Below, one piece after another: positions 9,734 to 19,359 of a stretch of DNA of 55,934 nt. Position numbers and translations under genes: made by a program. This stretch comes from Promethearchaeota archaeon (GTDB taxonomy: Archaea > Asgardarchaeota > Lokiarchaeia > Sigyniarchaeales > SOKP01), in assembly GCA_016930515.1 (NCBI GenBank), contig JAFGGO010000172.1:1-55934 (forward strand). Reading direction: 5' to 3'. Every line of letters begins with the position of its first letter. Positions within the stretch are counted from its first letter, which is position 1. The notes under the pieces are model-generated. The model did not search any database. It was given only the letters and a program-made list of their open reading frames with translations, and had not been told where the DNA came from.

Positions 9734-10675
9734 TTATTTATAGTAAGGCTCTCGAGAAGAAATTACTTTTTGAATTATTTCTTGTGATTTCAAAGAAGGT
9801 GTGAGATCATTTAATTCTGACTTGATGTTTGTTCCTAAATCTGATCGAAATAAACACCCAAAAAGGTTGCCGTCACAACCAACCCTTAACTTAGTGCATT
9901 TATTGCAGGCTTCTTTTCCAGTCTGAATAGTTTCGATAACGGCATTATTGGGTAGCTTAAACACGTATCTATTTTGCATGTCATTTCTTCTAAATGTTTC
10001 AATTGCTCGAGCTTTTATGTCCTCAACAATATTCTCAATAGGAGCATGATGATGATCAAAAATGGATAATTCCTTACCGATAGCTTCTGATCGTTTGTGT
10101 AATTCTATTAATTGTAAAATATATCCGGTTTTTGAACAGAAATCAATTATATCATCGAGCTCTTGGTCGTTTAATCCCTTTAACATTACATAATTTAGCT
10201 TTATTGGATATAAGCCCGCCTTTTGAGCAGCTTTTAATCCTTTTAAAACTAGTTCTAAAGCATCAACTCCCGTGATTTTCTTAAAAACAGATGGTTTAAG
10301 TGAACAAAGAGAAATATTTATTCGATTTAAACCTGCATTATATAAATCACTAGCCATTTCTTTAAGAAAAAAACCGTTTGTAGTCATTGAAATGTCCTTA
10401 TATAAATGTAAATTCGATATGTTTTTTACAATCGAAACGATTTCTTTTCTGCATAGAGGCTCTCCACCAGTTAATTTGATTTTCGTAACATTTAAAGTTG
10501 TAGCCAAGAGGGTGCACAATCTTGTTATTTCATCAACACTTAAAAGACTCGTTTTAGGTATGAATCCTTCTTTATCACAATAAATACAATTATAATTACA
10601 GGCTGAAGTAACCGAAAATCTTATATGCTTGATAGTTCGATTGCAGTTATTATTGACTGCTAATTCTTCATTCAT
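9734..10675 (-). CDS. moaA: GTP 3',8-cyclase (radical SAM)
   Basis: CNYNCIYC, LTGGEPL, TTNG, C-terminal CNKC...GC cluster; archaeal REPY-type end. Confidence 0.95.
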   Translation of the reverse strand: MNEELAVNNNCNRTIKHIRFSVTSACNYNCIYCDKEGFIPKTSLLSVDEITRLCTLLATTLNVTKIKLTGGEPLCRKEIVSIVKNISNLHLYKDISMTTNGFFLKEMASDLYNAGLNRINISLCSLKPSVFKKITGVDALELVLKGLKAAQKAGLYPIKLNYVMLKGLNDQELDDIIDFCSKTGYILQLIELHKRSEAIGKELSIFDHHHAPIENIVEDIKARAIETFRRNDMQNRYVFKLPNNAVIETIQTGKEACNKCTKLRVGCDGNLFGCLFRSDLGTNIKSELNDLTPSLKSQEIIQKVISSREPYYK

Positions 10676-11102
10676 TCTTCTTTATTTTTTCGTCAACTTT
10701 TATGTTTTCTATACGAGTTTTACGATATTGCCCATCTTCGTCTTTTTCGTACATTTTAACAACGTCCCACACATTTAGAAGGGCAAAGCTCACACCCGTT
10801 AAGGCTTCCATTTCAACACCTGTCTTAGCTTCTGTTTTGACAGAGCATGTAGCTTCGATCGTAGTATCGTCAATTATTTTCAAGTCCACCGATACTTTAT
10901 GTATGGGTATCGGATGACAAAGCGGTATTAAATCGGGAACTTTTTTTACACCGTTAATGGCTGCAATTCTACTAATTGTTAATACATCTCCTTTTTCTAC
11001 CGTGTTTGTTTTGATCCGTTCAATCGTAGAAGGTTTAAGAATTATCTTGCCCGATGCCTTAGCAATACGAGTTACAGGTTTTTTGTTAGATATGTCAATC
11101 AT
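10668..11102 (-). CDS. moaC: Cyclic pyranopterin monophosphate synthase
   Basis: MIDISNK, KGDVL, LIPLCHP, KTGVEMEALT, WDVVK. Confidence 0.95.
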   Translation of the reverse strand: MIDISNKKPVTRIAKASGKIILKPSTIERIKTNTVEKGDVLTISRIAAINGVKKVPDLIPLCHPIPIHKVSVDLKIIDDTTIEATCSVKTEAKTGVEMEALTGVSFALLNVWDVVKMYEKDEDGQYRKTRIENIKVDEKIKKNE

Positions 11103-11126
11103 GTTGATTTTTTTGACAATTCAAAG

Positions 11127-11150
11127 CGTTCGATTTATAGATTCATAACG
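11127..11150. promoter_or_regulatory. Putative ModE-like operator between divergent moaC and mop
   Basis: CGTTCGAT-N8-TCATAACG, similar to the CGTTATAT-N8-ACATAACG ModE box. Confidence 0.5.
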
Positions 11151-11299
11151 ATTAATTATGTAAATTAAAGAAGTTTAAAAAAATTATTGTTGATATTCGT
11201 TAAAAATAGACCATTTTGGTCCGAAAATTTAGAAAAAATCCTTGAAAAATTATTTTTATTATCACCAGTTTTAAATATCCAACTTAATTGTTATTAATT

Positions 11300-11512
11300 A
11301 TGAAAAATATCAGTGCTCGAAACATTCTAAAAGGAAAGGTAATAAAAGTAAGCCATGGTGCGGTTAATTCCGAAATTATCGTTAAAGTTGCTGAAGGTGT
11401 TGAGATCGCCTCTATCATAACCAAAAGTTCCGCTGAGCGATTAGGCTTAAAAGAAGGTAAAGAAGCTCATGTGATAATTAAAGCGTCGAATGTAATGATT
11501 GCCACGGATTAA
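11300..11512 (+). CDS. mop: Molbindin/Mop (single TOBE domain)
   Basis: ISARNILKGKV...GAVNSE...ASIITKSSAERLGL...IKASNV. Confidence 0.93.
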   Translation: MKNISARNILKGKVIKVSHGAVNSEIIVKVAEGVEIASIITKSSAERLGLKEGKEAHVIIKASNVMIATD

Positions 11513-11518
11513 CAAATT

Positions 11519-12571
11519 TTATTCCGTTTTCTTGATTGAGATTGCAGTTGCCTTGAATGAAACAAAAATTTCATCACCAGCATTCAAGTTCAAATCTTCT
11601 TTAGCGTTTGAGGTTATGTAAGCTTTTAATCCATTTTTCATAGTAACTTGGACTAACTCCTTGCTAAGCAGAAAAATTTCTTGAATTTCGCTTTTTATGT
11701 TATTTCTTATGCTACTTTTAAAATAAGCTTTTGATAATACGATGTTTTCAGGTCTGATGAACGCAATCACTTTACCAGATTCGATCTCGGATAGACAATG
11801 GATTATAAAACCATTTGTCCTTATTTCTGCGTACCCATCGACATTTTTGACTATTTCTCCCTCAAGAATATTTTCCATCCCTACAAATTCCGCGTTTTTT
11901 ACCGATTTAGGCGAGTTAAAAATATTTTGAGCGGTACCTGTATCGACAATTTCACCATTCATTATGAGAGAGACTCGGTCTCCAATAATGGCTTCGTTTT
12001 GGTTATGGGTCACCTTAATAGTTGTCAAATCGTTTGAATCATGGATGGATTTGACGATCTTCGTTGCATCTTTTTTCGTTACAGGATCCAAGGCACTAAA
12101 AGGTTCGTCCAAGAGTAATATTTTTGGATTAGTAATAAGCGCTCTAGCCAAGGCAACTTTTTGCTGTTCTCCACCAGATAAAGTTTGAGGATATCTATCC
12201 TTTAAATGAAGAATGTCAAAATTTTCCATCATTTCTTTTGTTCTCTGATTTATCTCCTTCCTTTTAACTCGTTGCATTTCCAATCCAAAACTGATGTTAC
12301 TTTCAACATCTATGTGAGGAAACAAGGAATAATCTTGATATACAAAACCAATTTTTCTTTGATAAGGAGGAATTTTACCCATATTTGTTCCATCTATAAA
12401 AATTTCTCCGCTTTGTACTTTGTGGAATCCCGCGATTAATTCTAATAATAAAGTCTTTCCCGCACCAGTTGGTCCTAGAATGACATAATATTCGTTTTTA
12501 TCGATCTCAAGGGTAATATTTTTGAGCCGAAATCCTCCAAAATTTGCGTTCACTCCTTTCATTTCAATCAT
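11519..12571 (-). CDS. wtpC: Tungstate/molybdate ABC ATPase with TOBE domain
   Basis: GPTGAGKT, LSGGEQQ, LLDEPFSALD, C-terminal SSIRN...FKATA TOBE. Confidence 0.92.
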   Translation of the reverse strand: MIEMKGVNANFGGFRLKNITLEIDKNEYYVILGPTGAGKTLLLELIAGFHKVQSGEIFIDGTNMGKIPPYQRKIGFVYQDYSLFPHIDVESNISFGLEMQRVKRKEINQRTKEMMENFDILHLKDRYPQTLSGGEQQKVALARALITNPKILLLDEPFSALDPVTKKDATKIVKSIHDSNDLTTIKVTHNQNEAIIGDRVSLIMNGEIVDTGTAQNIFNSPKSVKNAEFVGMENILEGEIVKNVDGYAEIRTNGFIIHCLSEIESGKVIAFIRPENIVLSKAYFKSSIRNNIKSEIQEIFLLSKELVQVTMKNGLKAYITSNAKEDLNLNAGDEIFVSFKATAISIKKTE

Positions 12572-12587
12572 AAATCTTCCCGAAATC

Positions 12588-13451
12588 TTAAATCACCTTT
12601 TCGACTTCTTTTTCTCTGGTTAATATATATATTATTATGAATATGAACAGACAAATTATTATCAACAAAAAGGCGATTGGTGCAGAACCCGATAATCCTT
12701 GAGTAATGTACCTATCGTAAATCAATACTGGAGCGATAAATGGATAATATGCTATGAAGACCACTGCGCCAAATTCGCTAATACCTCTTGCCCAACACAT
12801 GACGGCACCTGAAACCATATTTCTCTTATTGAGGGGTAGCATTACTCTTATAAATATGCGTCGCTCGGTTGCTCCTAAGCTTTTAGCTACAAACGACAAA
12901 TGTGGATTAATACCTTTAAATCCGTCTCGAACCGTGTTAATGTAAATAGGCATGCTCACGAATAATAAAGCAACGATAATACCTATAATATTATCTTCAA
13001 ACATTATTCCAATTTCTCTGAAAGGAGCTCCGACCCATCCGTGCCTGGAAAATAACGATAATATCAAGATTCCCGCAACGCTGTGAGGGATCATTATCGG
13101 TATGTTTATAATTGAATTAACTAACGCTTTACCTTTAAATTTATAATGCGCCACTAAATAGGCTAAGGGGGTACCAAAAATGATGGTGATGAGGGTTGCA
13201 ACAAAAGCAGCATAAAAGGTAAGTAATATCGTTTCAATGACATAGCTATCAAAGATTGTTTTTACAAAATTATCGTAATTCAAGAATAATTGTTTTACGC
13301 CCATATTAATAAGGGCAAAAAGAATAAACAAGAATAAAACTGAACCTAAAATCAAAAACAAAAAAAAAAATGAATAGGATTTAAAAATCCTTTTAATTAT
13401 TGTTTTAAATTTATTTTTTTCGAGAGAAATCATTGATTTGACTTGTTTCAC
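12588..13451 (-). CDS. wtpB: Tungstate/molybdate ABC permease
   Basis: GTPLAY, IPHSVAGI, AKSLGA, WARGISEFGAV, AYYP. Confidence 0.92.
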   Translation of the reverse strand: MKQVKSMISLEKNKFKTIIKRIFKSYSFFFLFLILGSVLFLFILFALINMGVKQLFLNYDNFVKTIFDSYVIETILLTFYAAFVATLITIIFGTPLAYLVAHYKFKGKALVNSIINIPIMIPHSVAGILILSLFSRHGWVGAPFREIGIMFEDNIIGIIVALLFVSMPIYINTVRDGFKGINPHLSFVAKSLGATERRIFIRVMLPLNKRNMVSGAVMCWARGISEFGAVVFIAYYPFIAPVLIYDRYITQGLSGSAPIAFLLIIICLFIFIIIYILTREKEVEKVI

Positions 13452-13454
13452 TAA

Positions 13455-14513
13455 TTAAGTTATTGGACAACAATATTGATATAGATTTTGGGGGATCCAA
13501 GTGCCATAGTTTTCGGTTGGACATGGTGTTAGCACTGGCTGACCTAAATCTTCAAATATTTCTTTACCTACTTCGTTAATCACATATTCAACGAATTCTG
13601 CTCCTAAATCAGGGTGATCCGCATTTAATGGAACTGTTATTCCGTAAGTAATCGATTTACCCGTGCTTGTAGAGTCGTCAGATTTTTTTACTTTAACTTT
13701 TCCGTAATACTCATCCAATACCGATTCGTTCAAGGCTAAAATCGGTTCCAATGCGATAAAATTAAGTTTGTGTTGAATTGCAACGCTCATGTATTCAAAA
13801 GCATAATCTAAAACCCCTTCTTCTAACAATGTTATTAAATCAACCGATTTATCCCTGATATTTACATTACTCGTTTCAGCGTTGTAAGATAAATCTTCTA
13901 CGCAAGTTATCGTATAATTCTCTCCATCGTCAGAACATGTAATACCTGCTATATCATCCATAACTAAATCGTCAAGAATGTTGTTCTTTGAATAATTTAA
14001 CTCTGCCAGCTGGAGAACCATCAAGGTACGATATCCGCACGGGTCCTTATTTGGATTCGAAAACCCCCATTCTATTCCCGACGCATTCAAGTATTCCCAG
14101 AAATTTGTTGCGTTTATTTCTCCGTGTCCAGATGGGAGCGAACCGTAATAGCATAAGACCATTTGGTTCGTTGCAAATTGGATAGTATAGTTTTGATATT
14201 GTTTGTCCATTTTTGGTATGAGGCTCCAGTCAGCAAGGGCTAAAACATCACAGGGCTTGTTTTGCTCAGTAATCTTTTTCACGCAATCGACGCTTCCCGC
14301 GCTTTCTAAGCGTACATCGATGTTTGGATGGTCAGATTCATAGAGCGCTTCAATTTCTTGCATGGGTACCGCAAGGCTTCCTGCGTGATATACTTTTAAA
14401 GGTGTTTTATAAGATCCCGTAGAATAATAGAAGGCGGCGTATCCTCCAACGCTTATCCCAATAATCGCAATAATTGCAATAGCGATCACACCATATTTTA
14501 CTTTAGTCTCCAT
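13455..14513 (-). CDS. wtpA: Tungstate/molybdate ABC substrate-binding protein
   Basis: HAGSL, GSV, FSNPNKDPCGYR, DYAFEYMSVAIQH, ITYGITVP. Confidence 0.92.
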   Translation of the reverse strand: METKVKYGVIAIAIIAIIGISVGGYAAFYYSTGSYKTPLKVYHAGSLAVPMQEIEALYESDHPNIDVRLESAGSVDCVKKITEQNKPCDVLALADWSLIPKMDKQYQNYTIQFATNQMVLCYYGSLPSGHGEINATNFWEYLNASGIEWGFSNPNKDPCGYRTLMVLQLAELNYSKNNILDDLVMDDIAGITCSDDGENYTITCVEDLSYNAETSNVNIRDKSVDLITLLEEGVLDYAFEYMSVAIQHKLNFIALEPILALNESVLDEYYGKVKVKKSDDSTSTGKSITYGITVPLNADHPDLGAEFVEYVINEVGKEIFEDLGQPVLTPCPTENYGTWIPQNLYQYCCPIT

Positions 14514-14541
14514 TTACTTCACTTATATATATAATATTTCC

Positions 14542-14561
14542 TTATGTTCAGTCGTACATAA
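14542..14561. promoter_or_regulatory. Putative ModE-like operator upstream of wtpA
   Basis: Perfect inverted repeat TTATGT-N8-ACATAA. Confidence 0.6.
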
Positions 14562-14631
14562 TGGAATAATTATTCAACATGTTTCTTAAAAATAAAGGTT
14601 TATGAATTAATATTCTATTAAACGAAAAAAT

Positions 14632-15468
14632 TTAGATCAGGTTTGCAAGGTTATTCAATATGGTTTCTTTTCTCACTGAACCAAACTCAAGATCTCGGCG
14701 TTCAATAATGATATTCAGGTTTTCTATGAGTCGTTCTGCGAAGTAATTAAAGGAAAACTTGAAATCGTTGTTTATTTTGTAATATTTCTTCAAAAATACT
14801 TTTATTAATTCTATCTTAGGACGAGGTTCTTTCGATTCGAATATTCCAGGGTTAGTATCGAGCAATGCGCAACAAATCCAAGCTAAATCATCATGGTAAT
14901 TGCCCTCGTACGCTTCTTCGAAATCAAGCCCATACACATCGTGAGTTGCGGGATTATATATAAAATCCCTTAATCGAGCGTCTCCCTTGTTTACAACAAT
15001 AACATCGTTTTCAGTCCTTCGTATTATGTTGTTTTTATGAAAGATGGCAAACCATCGGGCGAGTTTTTTAACACTATGCTTGAGTTTCCTCCGAATGTGA
15101 AGTTTTAAATCGTTTAAAGATGAGATATTTTTCAAGTTATTGTTTATGAAGTTCGTAAGGTTGATGCCCTGTATTTTCTCCATTAAAATGTAAGGTTTCC
15201 TGTAAAATAATACTTTTGGAACTAAGGTTTGTTGTTGTTCTAAAAGTTTCAACATTTGGTATTCTCTTTCGGCAAATTCCGTTTGAAATAATTTCAAGAC
15301 AACGATTTTAGGAAAGTGAGCTGGTTTGATTTTAAATATGAGTTCAAATACTATATTCTTCCTGCTCGTGAGACGGTTGAGTATGAAATCGTTTTCCCCC
15401 TCTATGAGATCTGGGATTTGGTCGCTTAAATCTTGAATAATTCTTTCTTTGATTTTTTGAGGGTCCAT
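14632..15468 (-). CDS. Atypical protein-kinase-like (RIO/Bud32/APH-fold) phosphotransferase
   Basis: VVLKLF, REY, ILMEKIQG, variant catalytic loop NKGDARLRDF, GLDFEE, DDLAW. Confidence 0.75.
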   Translation of the reverse strand: MDPQKIKERIIQDLSDQIPDLIEGENDFILNRLTSRKNIVFELIFKIKPAHFPKIVVLKLFQTEFAEREYQMLKLLEQQQTLVPKVLFYRKPYILMEKIQGINLTNFINNNLKNISSLNDLKLHIRRKLKHSVKKLARWFAIFHKNNIIRRTENDVIVVNKGDARLRDFIYNPATHDVYGLDFEEAYEGNYHDDLAWICCALLDTNPGIFESKEPRPKIELIKVFLKKYYKINNDFKFSFNYFAERLIENLNIIIERRDLEFGSVRKETILNNLANLI

Positions 15469-15620
15469 CTCAAGAAGAGTAAGGTTTAGGAGTTTAAAAA
15501 CTTGCTAGTTTAAAATCCTTTCTCTCCAGTATTTTTTAACGGACAGTAAGATGAACATGTTCAGCGTTAAGAATATATAATTTATAGCACATAAAAAAAA
15601 CAAATAAAAGCGTTAAAAAA

Positions 15621-16520
15621 GTGATCAAAGTGATGAGCGATAAAAATAAAAAGTACACTTTAGGGATATTCTACGGTGTTGGTCCTGAAACTGAAATGCT
15701 AACGCAGAAATTCGTGGGAAACTTGATTAATTCAGACGATTTTTGCAAGGCCTGCGAAAATCTCGAGCTTAACATTAAATGCGATAAATGTCGAGAGCAT
15801 TTGAAAAACTACTCTGCCTCCATATATTTTTACGAACAAGTGGGCAAGGATGTACCAGATTTTATCGAAGAACCTACTGAATATCTTCCTAAATCAATCC
15901 CCCCTGTAGATTTTTTGCTTGTCGTTGGTATCCATCAGGATTTACTCGGGGGGCTTCCTGAATACTTGAGTGATAAAGATGTTAAAGCAGTAATCGTACC
16001 AATTGAAGATCCTATTTGGGTTCCTCCTGGACTTCAAATCCAAGTGCTTAAAGACTTTGAATTTATGGGAATTCAAGCGGCATTTCCTAAACCATTTTGC
16101 GCATTAAGAAAGGAATACGATGAGCATAACAAGATAGGATATCATCTTACCAAAAAGCATGATTACATTCACGAATTTATTGATTATTTCAAGGTTGGCG
16201 TGCCTATTGTATCTTTTTTGATGAGTAAAGACGGAAAATCTATTGAAGATAAATGCGTGATACAATGTGCACCCTGTGGTTCAACACATTACGTATGCCA
16301 GCAACTAAAAGGTAAATATATTGAAAACAACGGTACTTCTCTTAACGAAAAAATCAGCAAGGCACACCACGCCTACCCCTGCAACGCTTCAATGGATCAA
16401 GACACGATTCTTAAAGATTCTTGCTTACATGTCGGTGGATATTTGGTAAGAAACGCCATCAGAAAAGACTTGGGGTTGGAAATCGAAGAAAGTCAAAAAT
16501 TAACATATATCATCAAATAA
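15621..16520 (+). CDS. DUF166-family Cys-rich protein
   Basis: FIEEP, PKPFCAL, APCGST, HHAYPCNASM; extra CxxC pairs (CKAC, CDKC). Confidence 0.75.
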   Translation: MIKVMSDKNKKYTLGIFYGVGPETEMLTQKFVGNLINSDDFCKACENLELNIKCDKCREHLKNYSASIYFYEQVGKDVPDFIEEPTEYLPKSIPPVDFLLVVGIHQDLLGGLPEYLSDKDVKAVIVPIEDPIWVPPGLQIQVLKDFEFMGIQAAFPKPFCALRKEYDEHNKIGYHLTKKHDYIHEFIDYFKVGVPIVSFLMSKDGKSIEDKCVIQCAPCGSTHYVCQQLKGKYIENNGTSLNEKISKAHHAYPCNASMDQDTILKDSCLHVGGYLVRNAIRKDLGLEIEESQKLTYIIK

Positions 16521-16640
16521 AATATCTTTTATTTTAATCAAGTTCTTTTTTCTTTAAATTAAGAAATATAAAACAATTCTTGGATTCCTCCATCTCCTTA
16601 TAAAATATCTTTTTGTTAACATTTAAAATAAACCTCTTTT

Positions 16641-17741
16641 ATGTGTTTGTTAACGATTCAAATAAAAATTAGTCGAAAAATTCAATTTTTAACTAATGCA
16701 ACGATGTCACGCAACGATATCATTCTTGGCTTGTTTTATTCCGATATCAACAATTTAATACACGAAAAGATAAAGAATTCCGAAAAACTTTCTCAAGAAC
16801 GATACGATCAAGTTAAAATGCTTCCATTCAAGTTCTTAGGTCCAGTTTTCCTCACTAGCGGAAGTAATAGCGATCTTTCTTGGAGGATAGACTTTATCGA
16901 ATCATCCTTATCTTTATTGCAAAATCAGGCTAATAATACAGGAACATTACAAACATTTTTTAACATAAATTCCACCTTTAAAACAGAAGATAGCGTGACC
17001 AATCTTTTTACACTAATAGGTTCTCCTTATACCGAAGACATTAAGGTTATAGAAGATAAAATGAGGGATTACATTCATCCTATCATTGAACAAGGCGTAT
17101 ATGTTAATTCAAAGCAATTAGGAAGAAAGTTTAAAGCTGATCGCTATATAAGGGAGGAACTTGAACGCGGTATTGATTTAATAGAATATTATATGGGTTC
17201 ATCCAGAAAGATGTACTGGGAAGAACAACAAGTCTATGATAGCGTTGGGATTATTGAACGAAAAAGTGTGGATAACTCCAAATCGTCAAGACTTTATACA
17301 TTTGACCTTGGAGACGAATTAAAAAAAAAATCATTACCTCTAATTCCGTCTTATTATGTGATGACTGTCCTACCCGATTTTTATGAAAACCTAGTCAATG
17401 AGACTTTAAGCCTATTTGATATCATGAATTATTATACGAATATTCGACAAATAAAACTGAGTAATATTGATAAAAAAGTCGTGTATTTTGAGGAATACAT
17501 TGAGGATAGAGGAAATAAACGAAGTTTGGGAGTAATACTTGTGAAAACGAAGAAAAGTTCAATTGATTCGAAAAATCTACTGAATTTTCGAAAATATTTG
17601 AGACAATACTTGGATAATAGTTCCACGCTGGAAGAAACAATTGCTAATATCAATCCGCGGATTTCTACAAAGGGGTGGTCAACAAATACGGACGAAGAAT
17701 TAAACGATATTCATGCTAAATTAGATTTAGACATTAATTAA
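16641..17741 (+). CDS. Hypothetical protein, possible C-terminal longin-like domain
   Basis: 366-aa ORF; C-terminal strand/helix pattern judged by eye; true start may be MSRND. Confidence 0.65.
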   Translation: MCLLTIQIKISRKIQFLTNATMSRNDIILGLFYSDINNLIHEKIKNSEKLSQERYDQVKMLPFKFLGPVFLTSGSNSDLSWRIDFIESSLSLLQNQANNTGTLQTFFNINSTFKTEDSVTNLFTLIGSPYTEDIKVIEDKMRDYIHPIIEQGVYVNSKQLGRKFKADRYIREELERGIDLIEYYMGSSRKMYWEEQQVYDSVGIIERKSVDNSKSSRLYTFDLGDELKKKSLPLIPSYYVMTVLPDFYENLVNETLSLFDIMNYYTNIRQIKLSNIDKKVVYFEEYIEDRGNKRSLGVILVKTKKSSIDSKNLLNFRKYLRQYLDNSSTLEETIANINPRISTKGWSTNTDEELNDIHAKLDLDIN

Positions 17742-17754
17742 CCCTATATTAAAA

Positions 17755-19047
17755 ATGGACGACGAAGAATTTAGGCAAATATATAAACTTAACAGGGATC
17801 AACTAACCCGCTATTACGAGCGAATTAAAAATAGGCTTGAAGGGAAGGAAGAAGTTGAAATAATAGCTAATTTTTTAAAGCACCAATCAATCATCGAAAC
17901 CACTATTGACGAGATAATAAAGATATTAACATATTACGAAAAGAAATCCATAAAAACAGTGAATTTATTGGATCTCGCGTTTGAATGGATAAGAGCGAAT
18001 GAAATCCGATTAAAATACAAGAAATACCTCATCAGGACATCTTATCCCGAAGAAAAGATTGCTCTCGCAGTAGACGACTGTATCTCAAGAATTTTTCTCG
18101 ATTACGATATATATATTAGAAAATTCTTTAAAAAAATCGAGGAGCACGAAATAAGTGCTCTTTTTCACATAATTTTTAGTCGTCTTGGAGAAAAAAAGGA
18201 AACTCTTGAAGAAATTCTTTCTTGGCACAAAGAGAAAGTTCCTACCTATGAAGAAGAAGGTAAACGAATTTGTACGAATCTGATTACATTACGTTCGGGA
18301 CTTTCTCAAATTATCGTGGAAGATTACGAGAGCGTCGTAGCTTCTCGACAAGCGAGCAAGCTCAGGAGAGATGAAAACGTGCTTAAAACAAAAGAGATAA
18401 AAATAGAACCTAAAGGTGTTTTCCAAGGGCTATTATTAGAGCGTATGATTAAATCCTATTGCATTAGTAAGAATAAGCTTTCAATAAAAGAAATAGAAAA
18501 CGCAATCGCCCAATTTTTAAGTTCATATTTCAGGTTTGGCGTTTTTTACGAATTTAACGAATTTAAAGACTTATTAATTAAAAATTTTTCCGAAGACTTG
18601 CATTCGGGGTTAACTGATGCATACAAACGAAAATTTACTTTAGAAGAACTAAAGGAAATGATAAGCGAGACTATGAAAAAATTTCGAGCGATCAATAAAA
18701 TTAAAGTTCTCGATGGTTCAGCGTGGAAAAACGACCTTACTAAGTACTTGAAGAATTTCTTGGTTAATTTTTCTGACGATTTATTCCAACCAAAAAAGAT
18801 CATCGCACTTGTTCGTTCTCCGTCTCGAACCTTACAAGAATCTACGGAGATTCAAGGAAGCGAAAGTCCTGATTTTCGAGCCTTGTTTGACTTAGATCTC
18901 GAAATCGAAGATTTTAGGGCAAAACTCGAGAAATCTCTCGAAAACTCTGATCTAGGGTTTGTCAAGAAACAGAGCCTCATCAGGTCCAAGGTCCAAGAGT
19001 TTCGAATGGAAAAAAGGAAACAAATGTCGCGAACTCCAAAATCTTGA
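17755..19047 (+). CDS. Hypothetical alpha-helical protein, likely co-transcribed with the upstream ORF
   Basis: 430-aa charged helical ORF, 13-bp gap. Confidence 0.7.
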   Translation: MDDEEFRQIYKLNRDQLTRYYERIKNRLEGKEEVEIIANFLKHQSIIETTIDEIIKILTYYEKKSIKTVNLLDLAFEWIRANEIRLKYKKYLIRTSYPEEKIALAVDDCISRIFLDYDIYIRKFFKKIEEHEISALFHIIFSRLGEKKETLEEILSWHKEKVPTYEEEGKRICTNLITLRSGLSQIIVEDYESVVASRQASKLRRDENVLKTKEIKIEPKGVFQGLLLERMIKSYCISKNKLSIKEIENAIAQFLSSYFRFGVFYEFNEFKDLLIKNFSEDLHSGLTDAYKRKFTLEELKEMISETMKKFRAINKIKVLDGSAWKNDLTKYLKNFLVNFSDDLFQPKKIIALVRSPSRTLQESTEIQGSESPDFRALFDLDLEIEDFRAKLEKSLENSDLGFVKKQSLIRSKVQEFRMEKRKQMSRTPKS

Positions 19048-19215
19048 TCGATATTAACTTAAGACTTATAGTATATATTCAAATATAACTTGAATGATTT
19101 CTAATAAAAATAAAATGATCTTATCAGAAACTTTTTTTAGCTATTTTTAATGTTAAATGTTAATCCATGCTTTTTTTCGAAGCTTGTTAAATATCGAGCG
19201 AAGAGCGTATAATAA

Positions 19216-19300
19216 GCGGGAATCGCCAAGTTTGGTCAAAGGCGCTGGACTCAGAATCCAGTCTCGTAGGAGTTCGGGGGTTCAAATCCCCTTTCCCGCA
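19216..19300 (+). tRNA. tRNA-Leu (anticodon CAG), long variable arm, no intron, CCA not encoded
   Basis: Acceptor GCGGGAA/TTCCCGC+A, anticodon arm CTGGA-CTCAGAA-TCCAG, variable arm CTC-GTAG-GAG, T arm GGGGG-TTCAAAT-CCCCT. Confidence 0.95.
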
Positions 19301-19359
19301 TCTAAATTTTCTCTTTTAATTTGACTAGGTTATTTTTAATTTCCCTTTATAGAATTTAA

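Noticed and set aside
19216-19300. tRNA-Sec reading (TCA visible in the anticodon loop)
   Set aside because: The 5-bp stem and 7-nt loop CTCAGAA place CAG at the anticodon; the 7-bp acceptor stem and A discriminator fit tRNA-Leu.
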